Assembly: GCA_005888515.1 (NCBI GenBank)
Contig: VAZR01000042.1
Coordinates: forward strand, 1-29,025
Source: Alphaproteobacteria bacterium
Lineage (GTDB): Bacteria > Pseudomonadota > Alphaproteobacteria > ATCC43930 > CGMCC-115725
Direction of reading: 5' to 3'
DNA length: 29,025 bases
The position numbers were made by a program, and so were the translations under genes. Shown here one piece after another: positions 7,791 through 17,549 of this stretch. The notes under the pieces are model-generated. The model was not told where the DNA came from. It worked only from the letters and a program-made list of their open reading frames with translations, and did no database searches. Numbering within the stretch: position 1 is the stretch's first letter; every line of letters begins with the position of its first letter.

Positions 7791-9104
7791 ATGATGAACC
7801 GACGCGATTTCACTGCGCTGCTGCTGTCGCTGATGCCGGCCGGCTGCGACTGGTTTGGCGACAAGAAGCAGCCGCTGGCCGGCGAGCGCATCTCGGTGCT
7901 CGGCCTCGATACACGTTTCGATCCCGATCCGCAACTCGCCGGCACGCCAGTGACATTGCCGCCGCCGGCGACCAATGCGGATTGGCCAGAGCCCGGAGGC
8001 AACCCGGCGCATGCGATGGTCCATCCTGCGCTGCCGGATAAGGTCGAACGCGCCTGGGATACCAGCATCGGCGCGGGAGCCTCGCGGCGCAGCCGGGTGC
8101 TGTCGCAGCCGGTCGTCGCGCACGGCCGGGTGTTCGCGATGGATGGCGGGGTTCAGGTCAGCGCGCTCGATGCCGGCAACGGCAGCCGGATCTGGGAGGT
8201 CGATCTGAAACCCGAAGAAATGCGCGGCAATGCTTTCGGCGGCGGCCCGTGCTTCTGGAACGATCGCCTCTACGTCTCGACCGGATATGCCCAGGTGCTG
8301 GCGCTCGACCCGGCCGATGGTAAGGTGATCTGGCGGCAGAACGTCCCGGCTCCGGTGCATAGCGCGCCGACCGTCGCTGACGGACGCGTCTTTGCCGTGA
8401 CAATCGAGAACGAGCTGAACGCGCTGTCCACTGATGACGGGCGAAAGCTGTGGTCGCATACCGGCATCCCCGAGCCGGCGGGATTGCTCGGCGGCGCCAG
8501 TCCGGCGGTCGAAGGTGAGGTCGTGATCGCCGCCTATACCTCGGGCGAGCTGTTTGCGCTACGCGTCGAGAACGGCCGTGCTGCTTGGTCGGATAGTCTC
8601 GCTTCGACGCGCAGCGTCAATGCGGTGTCGGGTCTCGCCGATATCCGCGGACGTCCGGTCATCGACCGCGGCCGCGTTTTCGCCGTCAGCCATAGCGGCC
8701 GCATGGCCTCGATCGATCTGCGCAGCGGCGACCGCGTATGGGAGCAGGAGATCGCCAGCAGTCACAGCCCGTGGGCCGTGGGCGACTATGTTTTCGTGCT
8801 CGCCAACGACAACGCCCTGGTGTGCCTGACCCGCAAGGAAGGCAAGGTGCGCTGGGTGCATCAGCTGCCGCGGTACGAGGACGAAAAGGCCAAGTCCGAC
8901 CCGATCCGTTGGGCCGGCCCGGTGCTCGGCGGCAACCGGTTGATCGTTCTCTCTTCCCGTGGGGAGGCGGTATCGATCTCCTCGGAAACCGGGCAGCCGT
9001 TCGGCAGTCAATCGATGTCATCCGGCGGTTTTCTCGGGCCGGTCATCGCCGGCAACACTCTTTACTTGCTGACCGACGACGCAAATCTCTCCGCGTATCG
9101 CTGA
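7791..9104 (+). CDS. bamB: BamB-like PQQ-type beta-propeller lipoprotein
   Basis: Signal ending MPAG|C; repeated PQQ-like blades (ALDAGNGSRIW, ALDPADGKVIW, ALSTDDGRKLW); yfgM-bamB-der synteny. Confidence 0.85.
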   Translation: MMNRRDFTALLLSLMPAGCDWFGDKKQPLAGERISVLGLDTRFDPDPQLAGTPVTLPPPATNADWPEPGGNPAHAMVHPALPDKVERAWDTSIGAGASRRSRVLSQPVVAHGRVFAMDGGVQVSALDAGNGSRIWEVDLKPEEMRGNAFGGGPCFWNDRLYVSTGYAQVLALDPADGKVIWRQNVPAPVHSAPTVADGRVFAVTIENELNALSTDDGRKLWSHTGIPEPAGLLGGASPAVEGEVVIAAYTSGELFALRVENGRAAWSDSLASTRSVNAVSGLADIRGRPVIDRGRVFAVSHSGRMASIDLRSGDRVWEQEIASSHSPWAVGDYVFVLANDNALVCLTRKEGKVRWVHQLPRYEDEKAKSDPIRWAGPVLGGNRLIVLSSRGEAVSISSETGQPFGSQSMSSGGFLGPVIAGNTLYLLTDDANLSAYR

Positions 9105-9129
9105 TCTTCAGTGCGGAGTGGTCCCTGCG

Positions 9130-10473
9130 ATGAGTTTCACGGTCGCGATCATCGGGCGGCCGAATGTCGGCAAATCGACGCTGTTCAACCGGTTGGCGGG
9201 ACGGCCGTTGGCGCTGGTCGACGACATGCCCGGGGTCACGCGCGACCGCCGCGAGGGTGAAGGCCATATCGCCGATCTCACCTTCCGCCTGATCGATACC
9301 GCCGGGCTCGAGGAGGCGGCGCCGGAGATGCTCGGCGGCCGAATGCGGGTACAGACCGAAAGTGCGCTCGACCAGGCTGATGTCGCCCTTTTGGTCATCG
9401 ATGCGCGTGCCGGTCTGACGCCGCTCGATCGTCATTTTGCCCGTTGGCTGCGGCGCATCGGCAAGCCGGTTGTGCTGGTCGCGAACAAGGCGGAAAGCCG
9501 ACAGGCACTTGCGGAGCTCGACGAGGCCTATGCGCTCGGGCTCGGCGAACCGGTGGCGATTTCGGCGCAGCACGGCGAGGGAATGGGCGGGCTCTATGAA
9601 CGTCTGCAGCCCTATGCGGTTGCTGCGGACGAGGACCCCGCCCCGCCGGAGCTAAGCGAAGACAAGCCGCTGCAGCTCGCGATCGTCGGTCGCCCGAATG
9701 TCGGCAAATCGACATTGGTCAACCGCCTGACCGGTGAGGAGCGGATGCTGACCGGTCCGGAGCCGGGCATCACCCGCGACGCGATCGCGATCGATTGGGC
9801 TTGGCACGGACGCCAGCTCCGGTTGGTCGATACCGCCGGGCTCCGGCGCCGCTCGCGTATCGAGGACCGGCTCGAGCGCCTGTCGACCGCAGATACGCGG
9901 CGGGCCGTCGGTTTTGCCGCCACCGTGATCCTGGTGCTCGATGCCATGCAGCCTTTGGAACGCCAGGACCTGACAATCGCCAATTTGGTAGCCGATGAGG
10001 GGCGGGCGTTGGTGCTCGCGCTGAACAAATGGGACGCGGTCGGCAATCGTGAGGGAACCCTGAAGCAAGTACGGGAGCGCCTTGAAACGACGCTGCCGCA
10101 GCTGCAGGGAGTCGCGCTTGTTCCGGTTTCCGGTCTGAAGGGCTCCGGCCTCGACAAGCTGATGGAGGCGGTGTTCAAGGCCGATGCCGTGTGGAACCGG
10201 CGGGTGCCGACTCCGGCCCTCAACCGCTGGCTGGCGATGATCCAAGAACACCATCCGCCACCGCTGGTCGGAGCGCGCCGGTTACGGCTGCGCTATATGA
10301 CGCAGGTCAATACCCGACCGCCGAGCTTTGCGTTGTTCGCGTCGAAACCGGGCGAGCTCCCGGAATCCTACCGCCGTTATCTGGTGAATGCGCTGCGCCA
10401 GCAATTCGAGCTGCCGGGGACTCCGATCCGCCTGATGCTGCGCAAGGGCGAGAATCCGTACGCGACCGGTTGA
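9130..10473 (+). CDS. der: Ribosome biogenesis GTPase Der (EngA)
   Basis: Two G domains (GRPNVGKS/DTAG/NKAE and GRPNVGKS/DTAG/NKWD) and a C-terminal KH-like region ending TPIRLMLRKGENPY. Confidence 0.97.
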   Translation: MSFTVAIIGRPNVGKSTLFNRLAGRPLALVDDMPGVTRDRREGEGHIADLTFRLIDTAGLEEAAPEMLGGRMRVQTESALDQADVALLVIDARAGLTPLDRHFARWLRRIGKPVVLVANKAESRQALAELDEAYALGLGEPVAISAQHGEGMGGLYERLQPYAVAADEDPAPPELSEDKPLQLAIVGRPNVGKSTLVNRLTGEERMLTGPEPGITRDAIAIDWAWHGRQLRLVDTAGLRRRSRIEDRLERLSTADTRRAVGFAATVILVLDAMQPLERQDLTIANLVADEGRALVLALNKWDAVGNREGTLKQVRERLETTLPQLQGVALVPVSGLKGSGLDKLMEAVFKADAVWNRRVPTPALNRWLAMIQEHHPPPLVGARRLRLRYMTQVNTRPPSFALFASKPGELPESYRRYLVNALRQQFELPGTPIRLMLRKGENPYATG

Positions 10474-10475
10474 CG

Positions 10476-11657
10476 TCATACCGCCAGCGCACGCGTGTTG
10501 CGGCAAAGGCGCTCCTCCGGCAGGTGCACGCTCGCGATAGTGCCCTTGCCGGGCTCGCTGTCGATCTCGACTGTGCCGCCATGCAATTCGACCAGCCGCT
10601 TCGTCAACGGCAAACCGAGGCCTACCCCGTCATGTTTCCGGGTGAGGCTGTTGCTGATTTGGCCGAACGGCGCCAGCGCTATCGGTATCTGGTCGGCCGA
10701 CATGCCGATGCCGGTATCTTCGACGCGGAACGTAACGCCCCGGTGAACACGCTGCTCGACCGTGAGTCGCACCTGGCCGCCGGGCGCGGTGAACTTGACC
10801 GCGTTGGACAGCAGATTGACGAGGATCTGGGTCAACTTGGCGGGATCGCCGATCATCGGCGGCAGGTGCTCGTCGATCTCGCTGACGAACTCGATTTGCG
10901 CCCGGTCCGCCATGTCCTGCACGATCTTCGAGCCGAGTTCGACAACGTCGCCGATTTCGACCTGTTCTTCCGCCAATAGCAGCCGGTCGGCGTCGGCCTT
11001 GGCGACATCGAGAATGTCGGTGATGATCGCCAGCAGGTGACGGCCGCTGTCGCCGATAATGTTGGCGTACTCGACGTATTTTTCTTCGAGCGGTCCGAAC
11101 ATCCGGTCGCTCATCATGCCCGAAAAACCGATGATCGCGTTGAGCGGCGTCCGCAGCTCATGGCTCATATTGGCGAGAAACTCGGATTTTGCGCGATTGG
11201 CGGCTTCGGCGGCTTCCTTTGCCGCGATCAGCCTCTCCTGGTTGCGCCGGACCTCTTCGAGCGCGCGGCTCGCGCGCAGGATGTAGCGGACCCGGTGGTT
11301 GAGAACGAGCCAATTCAGCGGCTTTGGGATGAAATCCGTCGCGCCGGCGTCGTAAGCGTGGGCAATCGACGGGACATCATCAAGGCTGGTTGCGACAACG
11401 ATCGGCACATAAGCGGATTCGGGGCGGGCGCGGAGGGCCCGGCACAGCTCGTAGCCATCCATGCGCGGCATCACGAGATCGACGAGCAACAGATCGGGGC
11501 GATGCTCCTCGTAGAGCCGGCAACCTTCCACGCCGTCTCGAGCCTCGATGACCGTAAAGCCATCGCGCTCCAGCGTTGCCCGCATCAGCGAGCACACGAC
11601 GGGGTCGTCGTCGACGACGAGGATCGACGCGCTGGGGCTCAGCTTCGTCTCATCCAT
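10476..11657 (-). CDS. Cytoplasmic hybrid protein: N-terminal receiver plus HisKA and HATPase_c
   Basis: ILVVDDD...LLLVDLVMP...FIPKP receiver; H-box FLANMSHELRTPLNAIIGFS; N-box QILVNLLSNAVKF; G-boxes DTGIG and GVGLGL. Confidence 0.92.
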   Translation of the reverse strand: MDETKLSPSASILVVDDDPVVCSLMRATLERDGFTVIEARDGVEGCRLYEEHRPDLLLVDLVMPRMDGYELCRALRARPESAYVPIVVATSLDDVPSIAHAYDAGATDFIPKPLNWLVLNHRVRYILRASRALEEVRRNQERLIAAKEAAEAANRAKSEFLANMSHELRTPLNAIIGFSGMMSDRMFGPLEEKYVEYANIIGDSGRHLLAIITDILDVAKADADRLLLAEEQVEIGDVVELGSKIVQDMADRAQIEFVSEIDEHLPPMIGDPAKLTQILVNLLSNAVKFTAPGGQVRLTVEQRVHRGVTFRVEDTGIGMSADQIPIALAPFGQISNSLTRKHDGVGLGLPLTKRLVELHGGTVEIDSEPGKGTIASVHLPEERLCRNTRALAV

Positions 11658-11781
11658 CAGCAGCTCCAAAGACCTCGCATGCGTCGATCGGACGGTCGCG
11701 GCGCCAATGGACCGGTAAGGCGCGGCCGCGAAGTCTTAAGCGAGTTGATGAATTTAGCGCTAAGAGGCCATGTCACGGCAG

Positions 11782-14581
11782 CTAGGCAGCCCTTTCTTCG
11801 GCTTTCAGCAGCCCATTCAGCTCGCCGGCCGCCGCCGCCACTTCCGCCTCGAGCTCGGCGAGAAGCGTTTCGGCGGGCAGGATTCCGTTATCTTTGGCCA
11901 GCGCTTCGATCTCTTCACAACATTGTGAAACACGACAACAGCAGCGGAGCGGAAGTTGCCGCGAACTGCGATACGACTTGTCCGAGCAACGAGGCTCCGT
12001 CATCGCCGGCAATCCGCCGGATCCTCTCGACCGCCTTCATGTCGAGTCGCATTGCGGGCGCGGTGGAAGCCGGCTGTTCCTGTTGACTCGGGCGGTTACC
12101 GGAAGGGACCGCGATCGCCGCGCTCGGGGTGAGCCACCGCCCGAGCAGGTCTGCGATCTGCAGCTCGTCATAAGGTTTGACGAGGAAATCGTCCATTCCG
12201 GCTTCGAGACAGCGCTCTCGGACTTCGGCTAGGGCATGGGCGGTCAATGCCACGATCGGGGTGCGCGGCCGGGAATATTCCTCATCACGCAATCCCCGCA
12301 TGACCCGTTCAATGTCGCGTATGCGCCGCGTCGCGTCGAAGCCGTCCATGATCGGCATCTCGCAATCCATCAGGATCAAGTCGAAATTTTCCTGAGCGAA
12401 AAGCTGGACAGCGGAGCGGCCGTTCGCGGCGGTAACGACCGAACACCCCATTTGCTTCAGTATGCCGCTGGCGACGTCCTGGTTCACCGCGTTGTCTTCG
12501 ACTACCAGAACGCGAGCGTCGAAAGCAATCGCCGACCGGCCCGGGCTCTTGCGCACGTAAAACGAAGCAATCCCATTTTCGCGCGAGCCGGAGGCGATCG
12601 ACGCCAGGCAATCGAACAGCACCGAGGGCCGCGCCGGCTTTGCCAATAACGCGAAGGCGCCGAGGTTTTCCAGACTCGTGTCGGCAACCGATCCGTCGAG
12701 ACCCATCAGCAGAATAACCTCGGGGCGGTCCCCTTGCTGCTCGATCCTGACTTTGCGCGCGAGCTTAACGCCGCCGCACGCCAAACCCTTGATGTCGATA
12801 ATCAAGACATCGAACGGCCGCGCCGATGCCGACGCCTCTGCCAAGGCCGCCTCGGCCTCGGCCGGCGTCGCGCATAACAGGGCGTCGATGCGCCAACTCG
12901 CAAAATACCGCGACATGACTTCGGCGCTGACCGCGTTCGCATCGACCGCCAGGACGCGCAGCGGCCGCTCGATGGCGCGCCGGCGACTCGCGGATGCAAG
13001 CCCATCCGCCGACCGAACGAGACGGGTCGTGAACCAGAACCGTGAGCCGCGTCCGACCTCGCTCTCGACGTCGATATCGCCGCCCATCAGCGTGACGAGT
13101 TCCTTGACGATCGACAGCCCCAATCCGGTGCCGCCGCGCGACCGGGTCATTGAGGCGTCGACCTGATGGAAAGATTCAAAGATCCGCGCCCGCTGCTCGG
13201 GATCGATCCCGATCCCGGTATCCTTGACCGAGCAACACAGGGTTACATGCTTTTCCGTGGTGTCCGCGAGCGAGACTTCGACGAGGATCTCGCCGCGCTC
13301 GGTGAATTTGATCGCGTTACCGACCAGGTTGATCAGCACCTGTCGCAGCCGGGACGGGTCGCCGGTCAGGTGATGCGGCACGTCTTCGGCCACGAAATAG
13401 ATGAATTCGATGCCCTTGCTGGTGCAGCGCTCACTGAATAGGTCGGTGATTTCGGCAATCAGCTCGCGCGGATCGAAATCCACCTCCGCCAACTCGAAAT
13501 GCCCGGCTTCGATTTTCGACAGATCGAGAATGTCGTTGATGATGCCGAGCAGCGCCTGACCCGACCCGACGAGGTTGTGCACGAGCTGCGTCTGCCGGTC
13601 GTTGAGCGGTGTCGTCGCGAGCAGATTGGCTGTGCCGACGACGCCGTTCATCGGCGTGCGTATTTCGTGGCTCATCGTCGCCAGGAATTGCGATTTGGCG
13701 CGATTGGCGGCTTCGGCCTGCTGGCGAGCCTTGATCAATTCCTGTTCGGTGCGCTTGCGCTCGGCCACCTCGGCGGCAAGGCTCTGCGCCAGCTCGACCT
13801 GTCGCCCGGCAAAGGTCGCGACGAGCGCGATCGCCATGATCAGCACGATGAAGATCGTGATTAACGCCGCCAAGAACATCGGTGACGTTGCCATGTTGGC
13901 GAGCGGCGCATCGGGTACCGGGAAGAAGATCGCCGCCTGCATTGCCGTGTAATGCATGCCGGCGACAGCGAAGCCCATAAATGGCGCGGCAAGCGCGGTC
14001 GCGGCGACGCGCGAGGAAACCGAGCCATGGAAGCGGAAGCGAATGCCGAGCGAGATGAAGGCCAGGCCTACCGCGACCACGATCGACACGACCACGAGCC
14101 CCGGGTCGTAACGCAGCAATGCCTCGGGTTCCATTGCCGCCATGCCGGAATAATGCATCAAACCGATAGCGGCCCCCATCAGCACGCCGCCGACCGCCAA
14201 GCGCTTGAAGCCGGGATCGGTGCGCTGACTGATCGCGTGCAGCGCCACACCGCTTGCCAGGATACCGGGGATCATTGACAGCACGGTGCCAACCGGCGCG
14301 TAGGTCACACCGCAAGGCAGCGAGAAGGCAAGCATGCCGATGAAATGCATGCTCCAGATACCGCCACCCATCGCAATCGCGCCGGCACTCGCCCAGGCCC
14401 ATTGGGCGACGCGCGAATTGGCCGCCACAATCCGCCCGGAGATGGACAGGGCGACGAAGGCTGCCAGCGTGGCAACAATGACCGAGAGCACGACCAAGCC
14501 GGCGTTGTAGGCGCCACCGAACGCCGCCGTCGGGTCGATCTGGTCGAAAACCGGAAAAAACCGCCAATCGAGGTACAGCAT
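11782..14581 (-). CDS. MHYT-domain hybrid histidine kinase (MHYT-HisKA-HATPase-REC-REC-Hpt); Hpt disrupted near 11935
   Basis: Three MHYT motifs ([22 protein letters not shown]), H-box [12 protein letters not shown] and two receivers. The main frame stops at 11915, while the Hpt C-terminus ([13 protein letters not shown]...EERAA*) continues in another frame to 11782. Confidence 0.88.
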
Positions 14582-14628
14582 ATGCGGCTCGCGATGTCGG
14601 ACGTCCGCCGCAATCCTCGCAACTAATT

Positions 14629-14660
14629 GGTAAATACTTACTAAACGAAAGCTATTTACC
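14629..14660. promoter_or_regulatory. AT-rich inverted repeat, candidate operator
   Basis: GGTAAATA(14629-14636)-N16-TATTTACC(14653-14660) in the divergent intergenic region. Confidence 0.4.
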
Positions 14661-14864
14661 GGCGGAGAGCGGGCGGGACAACGGGCCCCGACCAGACCCG
14701 TGGGACGGGTGAACTCTGGCCATTGCCGGAGGTAACCCGTTGTGCTCCCACAGCGAGCACCCCCAGCTCTCACTAGAGATCGGCGGCTATCGAGATACAC
14801 CTCTTTTTAAGTGTTTCCGGTTATTAACCCTGAGACAAACCCAGCCAGGTATTGAGAACGGCCT

Positions 14865-15227
14865 ATGCGTGTCCTGCTTGTGGAAGACGATGCGGTTACC
14901 GCAACAGTGATGCAGGGTTTTTTGCGAGAGGCCGGCTTTACCTGCGACTTGGCGGATTTGGGGGAAATCGGTCTGACTCTGGTCGAGTCTTATCGCGATT
15001 ACGACGTCATTGTCCTTGATCTGGTGCTCCCTGATGTCATGGGTTACGACGTCATCCGTTCGTTGCGCGCCGCCGGTGTCGAAACCCCGATCCTGATCGT
15101 GTCGGGTCTGGCAGAAGCGTCGGAAATGGGGCTGGGGCTCGGCGCGAATGATTTTTTGCCGAAGCCGTTTCAGGAAGGCGAGCTAATCTCGCGCATCAGG
15201 AGCGTTGCCCAGCAGAACCCGCATTGA
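14865..15227 (+). CDS. Single-domain response regulator, CtrA-like receiver
   Basis: MRVLLVEDD..TA, DLGEIG, YDVIVLDLVLPD (phospho-Asp), TPILIVSG and KPF; stops at 120 aa. Confidence 0.85.
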   Translation: MRVLLVEDDAVTATVMQGFLREAGFTCDLADLGEIGLTLVESYRDYDVIVLDLVLPDVMGYDVIRSLRAAGVETPILIVSGLAEASEMGLGLGANDFLPKPFQEGELISRIRSVAQQNPH

Positions 15228-15239
15228 TCACGTGACCCG

Positions 15240-15809
15240 CTATTCGAGCGGCGGCAGCCGCGGATGGTGTAATGAGCGCGGCAGGATCCCGCGGGTACGC
15301 GGGTCTTCGAAGCGTAGCGGTCGCCGGGCGTAAACCTCGAACCCGCCCTGCTGGTAGTAGCCGAGGGCTCGCGGATGATCGAAGGTTCGGGTGTGCACCC
15401 AGAGCCGATCGATCGGCCGAGTCCACGCGCGGTCGATTGCCGCCTGCAGCAGAAACGGGCCGAGCCGCCTCCCGATGAATTGCGGGATCAGCCCGAAATA
15501 GGCCAACTCGGTCTCGCGCGGATCAGCCGCATCGAGCTCGAAGTAGCCGGCCGGAACGCCGCCGACATACAGAACGAAAATCTCGGTGGTGTCCTTGGCG
15601 ATCTGGGCAGCCAGGGTCTCGTCGTCGAACAGCCGTCGCTCGTACCACAGCCACGGCGTCCCGACCGTCTCATAGAGGTAGCGGTAGAACGAGACGGTGC
15701 AGTTCTCCGCCCTGATCAGGGCCAGCTTGGCGTGTGGCGCCGGTATGCGCGGTAGCGCTGGACGCGCCCGCATCTCGAGATAGGTGATGACGTCGTCGAG
15801 CTGGGCCAT
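15240..15809 (-). CDS. GNAT family N-acetyltransferase
   Basis: PAGYFEL...ELAYFGLIPQFIGRRLG (acetyl-CoA motif A) and WVHTRTFDHPRALGYYQQGGF. Confidence 0.88.
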   Translation of the reverse strand: MAQLDDVITYLEMRARPALPRIPAPHAKLALIRAENCTVSFYRYLYETVGTPWLWYERRLFDDETLAAQIAKDTTEIFVLYVGGVPAGYFELDAADPRETELAYFGLIPQFIGRRLGPFLLQAAIDRAWTRPIDRLWVHTRTFDHPRALGYYQQGGFEVYARRPLRFEDPRTRGILPRSLHHPRLPPLE

Positions 15810-15818
15810 CGCGCCAGG

Positions 15819-16691
15819 TCAGCGTAACGGCTTTGCCGGGCCGGTCTCGATCGGCGTGTCGCCGGGCAGACCCCATTCCGACCACGATCCGTCATAGACT
15901 GCCGCGCCGGGGTGGCCGATCAGATGGGCAGCGAACGCGACCGCGCAGGCCGTGACCCCCGAACCGCAGCTGGTCACGATCGGAGCGTCGAGACTAACCC
16001 CAGCCTCATCGAATAGCCGACGCAATTCCCCGGCGCTCTTCAGCTGCTTGGTCTGCGGATCCGTGACCCGGTCGAAGGGCAGGTTGCGGCTGCCGGGGAT
16101 ATGGCCGCGGCGCCGCCCCGGCCAGGTTTCCTCGGCGGCACCCTCGAAGCGACCGGCGGAGCGGGCGTCGACGACCTGCTCGCGGGCCGCGGCGATGTTG
16201 GCGCGGATTGCCTGCTTGTCGCGCACCAGCTCGGGCCGGAAACGCGGAAGAAACCGGCGCGATGGGATCGCCGGCGGAGCGATTTCAAGCGGCCGACCTT
16301 CGGTCCGCCATTTCGGCAGCCCGCCATCGAGCAGCGCGACATTGTCGTGGCCGTAGAGGCGCAGCATCCACCAGGCGCGCCCGGCCGAGGACAGTCCGGC
16401 GGTATCGTAGACGATCACGCGGTCGTCATTGCCGATGCCGCGCTCCGCCATCTTTTGGGCGAAGCGCTCGGGTGATGGGGTCATGTGCGGCAGACTGGTG
16501 CCGGGCTGCGCGACATCGTCGATGTCGAAGAACACCGCGCCGGGGATATGGCCGCGCTCGTAATCCTCGCGCGTGGTCGGGGTGATGCCGGGCTGCTTGT
16601 AAGAGGCGTCGAGCACTCGGACATGCGGATCGTCGAGATGGGCCGCGAGCCATTCGGTGCTGACCAACGCCTCGGGATGAGTGTAAGGCAT
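15819..16691 (-). CDS. sseA: 3-mercaptopyruvate/thiosulfate sulfurtransferase
   Basis: LVSTEWL, GHIPGAVFFD, active-site CGSGVTA and VYDGSWSEW; tandem rhodanese domains. Confidence 0.95.
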   Translation of the reverse strand: MPYTHPEALVSTEWLAAHLDDPHVRVLDASYKQPGITPTTREDYERGHIPGAVFFDIDDVAQPGTSLPHMTPSPERFAQKMAERGIGNDDRVIVYDTAGLSSAGRAWWMLRLYGHDNVALLDGGLPKWRTEGRPLEIAPPAIPSRRFLPRFRPELVRDKQAIRANIAAAREQVVDARSAGRFEGAAEETWPGRRRGHIPGSRNLPFDRVTDPQTKQLKSAGELRRLFDEAGVSLDAPIVTSCGSGVTACAVAFAAHLIGHPGAAVYDGSWSEWGLPGDTPIETGPAKPLR

Positions 16692-16695
16692 CGCG

Positions 16696-17418
16696 CTACT
16701 CCGCAAAGGCGATGTTGATGCGACGGTTCTGCCGGCCCTTGTTCTCGATCTTGCCGATCACGACCGGGCCGATCTCGGCGGTGTTGCGGATGTGGGTACC
16801 GCCGCAGGGCTGCAAATCGATTATCGCATCGGGGCGGGCGACCTCCATCAGCCGCACCCGGCCGGCGCCGGCCGGCGGCTTGACTGACATTGTGCGCACC
16901 AGTTCCGGACGGGCCTCCAGCTCCTCGTCCGTGATCCAGCGCGGGGCGACTTCATGGCCAGCGGCGATCAGCCCATTGAGCTGCGCGGCAATCGCTTCCT
17001 TGTCCAGGCTCGACCCGGGCACATCGAAATCGAGCCGGCCGCGCCCGTCGGACACCTGTCCGCCGGTCACCGCTCCCGGCACGACCGCGCAGAGCAGGTG
17101 CAGGCAGCTGTGCATGCGCATCAGCCGATAGCGGCGCTCCCAATCGAGCTCGGCGGTAAGCTCCATTCCGGGGGATAGAAATGGGGTACCGGCAGCGGGG
17201 ACATGGATCACCTCGTTCGCCAGCTCTCCTTTGACTGTGTCGATGATCGCGATCGTCTCGCCCGAAGCGAGGCGCAAAACGCCGATATCACCGGGCTGGC
17301 CTCCGCCGGTCGGGTAGAACACGGTGCGGTCGAGCCGGATCCCGCGCTCGTCGGCGGCGATAACCCGAGCAGCGCAGCTTCGGGCGTAAGCGTCGTCGCG
17401 GAAGATCAGTTCAGTCAT
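16696..17418 (-). CDS. alaX: AlaX-type alanyl-tRNA editing protein
   Basis: LDRTVFYPTGGGQPGD, Zn motifs MRMHSCLHLL and QPCGGTH, ENKGRQNRR. Confidence 0.92.
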   Translation of the reverse strand: MTELIFRDDAYARSCAARVIAADERGIRLDRTVFYPTGGGQPGDIGVLRLASGETIAIIDTVKGELANEVIHVPAAGTPFLSPGMELTAELDWERRYRLMRMHSCLHLLCAVVPGAVTGGQVSDGRGRLDFDVPGSSLDKEAIAAQLNGLIAAGHEVAPRWITDEELEARPELVRTMSVKPPAGAGRVRLMEVARPDAIIDLQPCGGTHIRNTAEIGPVVIGKIENKGRQNRRINIAFAE

Positions 17419-17453
17419 TCCAGTCCATCCGTTCCGCCAACCTTCCCGTCAGT

Positions 17454-17530
17454 AGATCCCGGCGAAGGCCGGGATCCATTTGGCTGCGCCCGTGCCGGTT
17501 CGGGATGGGTCCCGGTCGTCGCCGGGATCT
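17454..17530. repeat. REP/RPE-like inverted doublet of 26-bp palindromes
   Basis: AGATCCCGGCGAAGGCCGGGATCCAT (17454-17479) matches the reverse complement of 17505-17530 at 23 of 26 positions; each copy is internally palindromic. Confidence 0.75.
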
Positions 17531-17549
17531 AAGTTTTGTTGCCGCCGCG

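Noticed and set aside
11730-11765. CtrA box in the AT-rich gap between the two kinases
   Set aside because: There is only one TTAA and a 10-bp palindrome (TTAGCGCTAA, 11754-11763), with no TTAA-N7-TTAA.
7521-12086. Long ORFs 7521-8459 (-), 10191-10979 (+) and 11037-12086 (+)
   Set aside because: They are antisense to bamB, der or the kinases, have no recognisable motifs, and are expected by chance in high-GC DNA.
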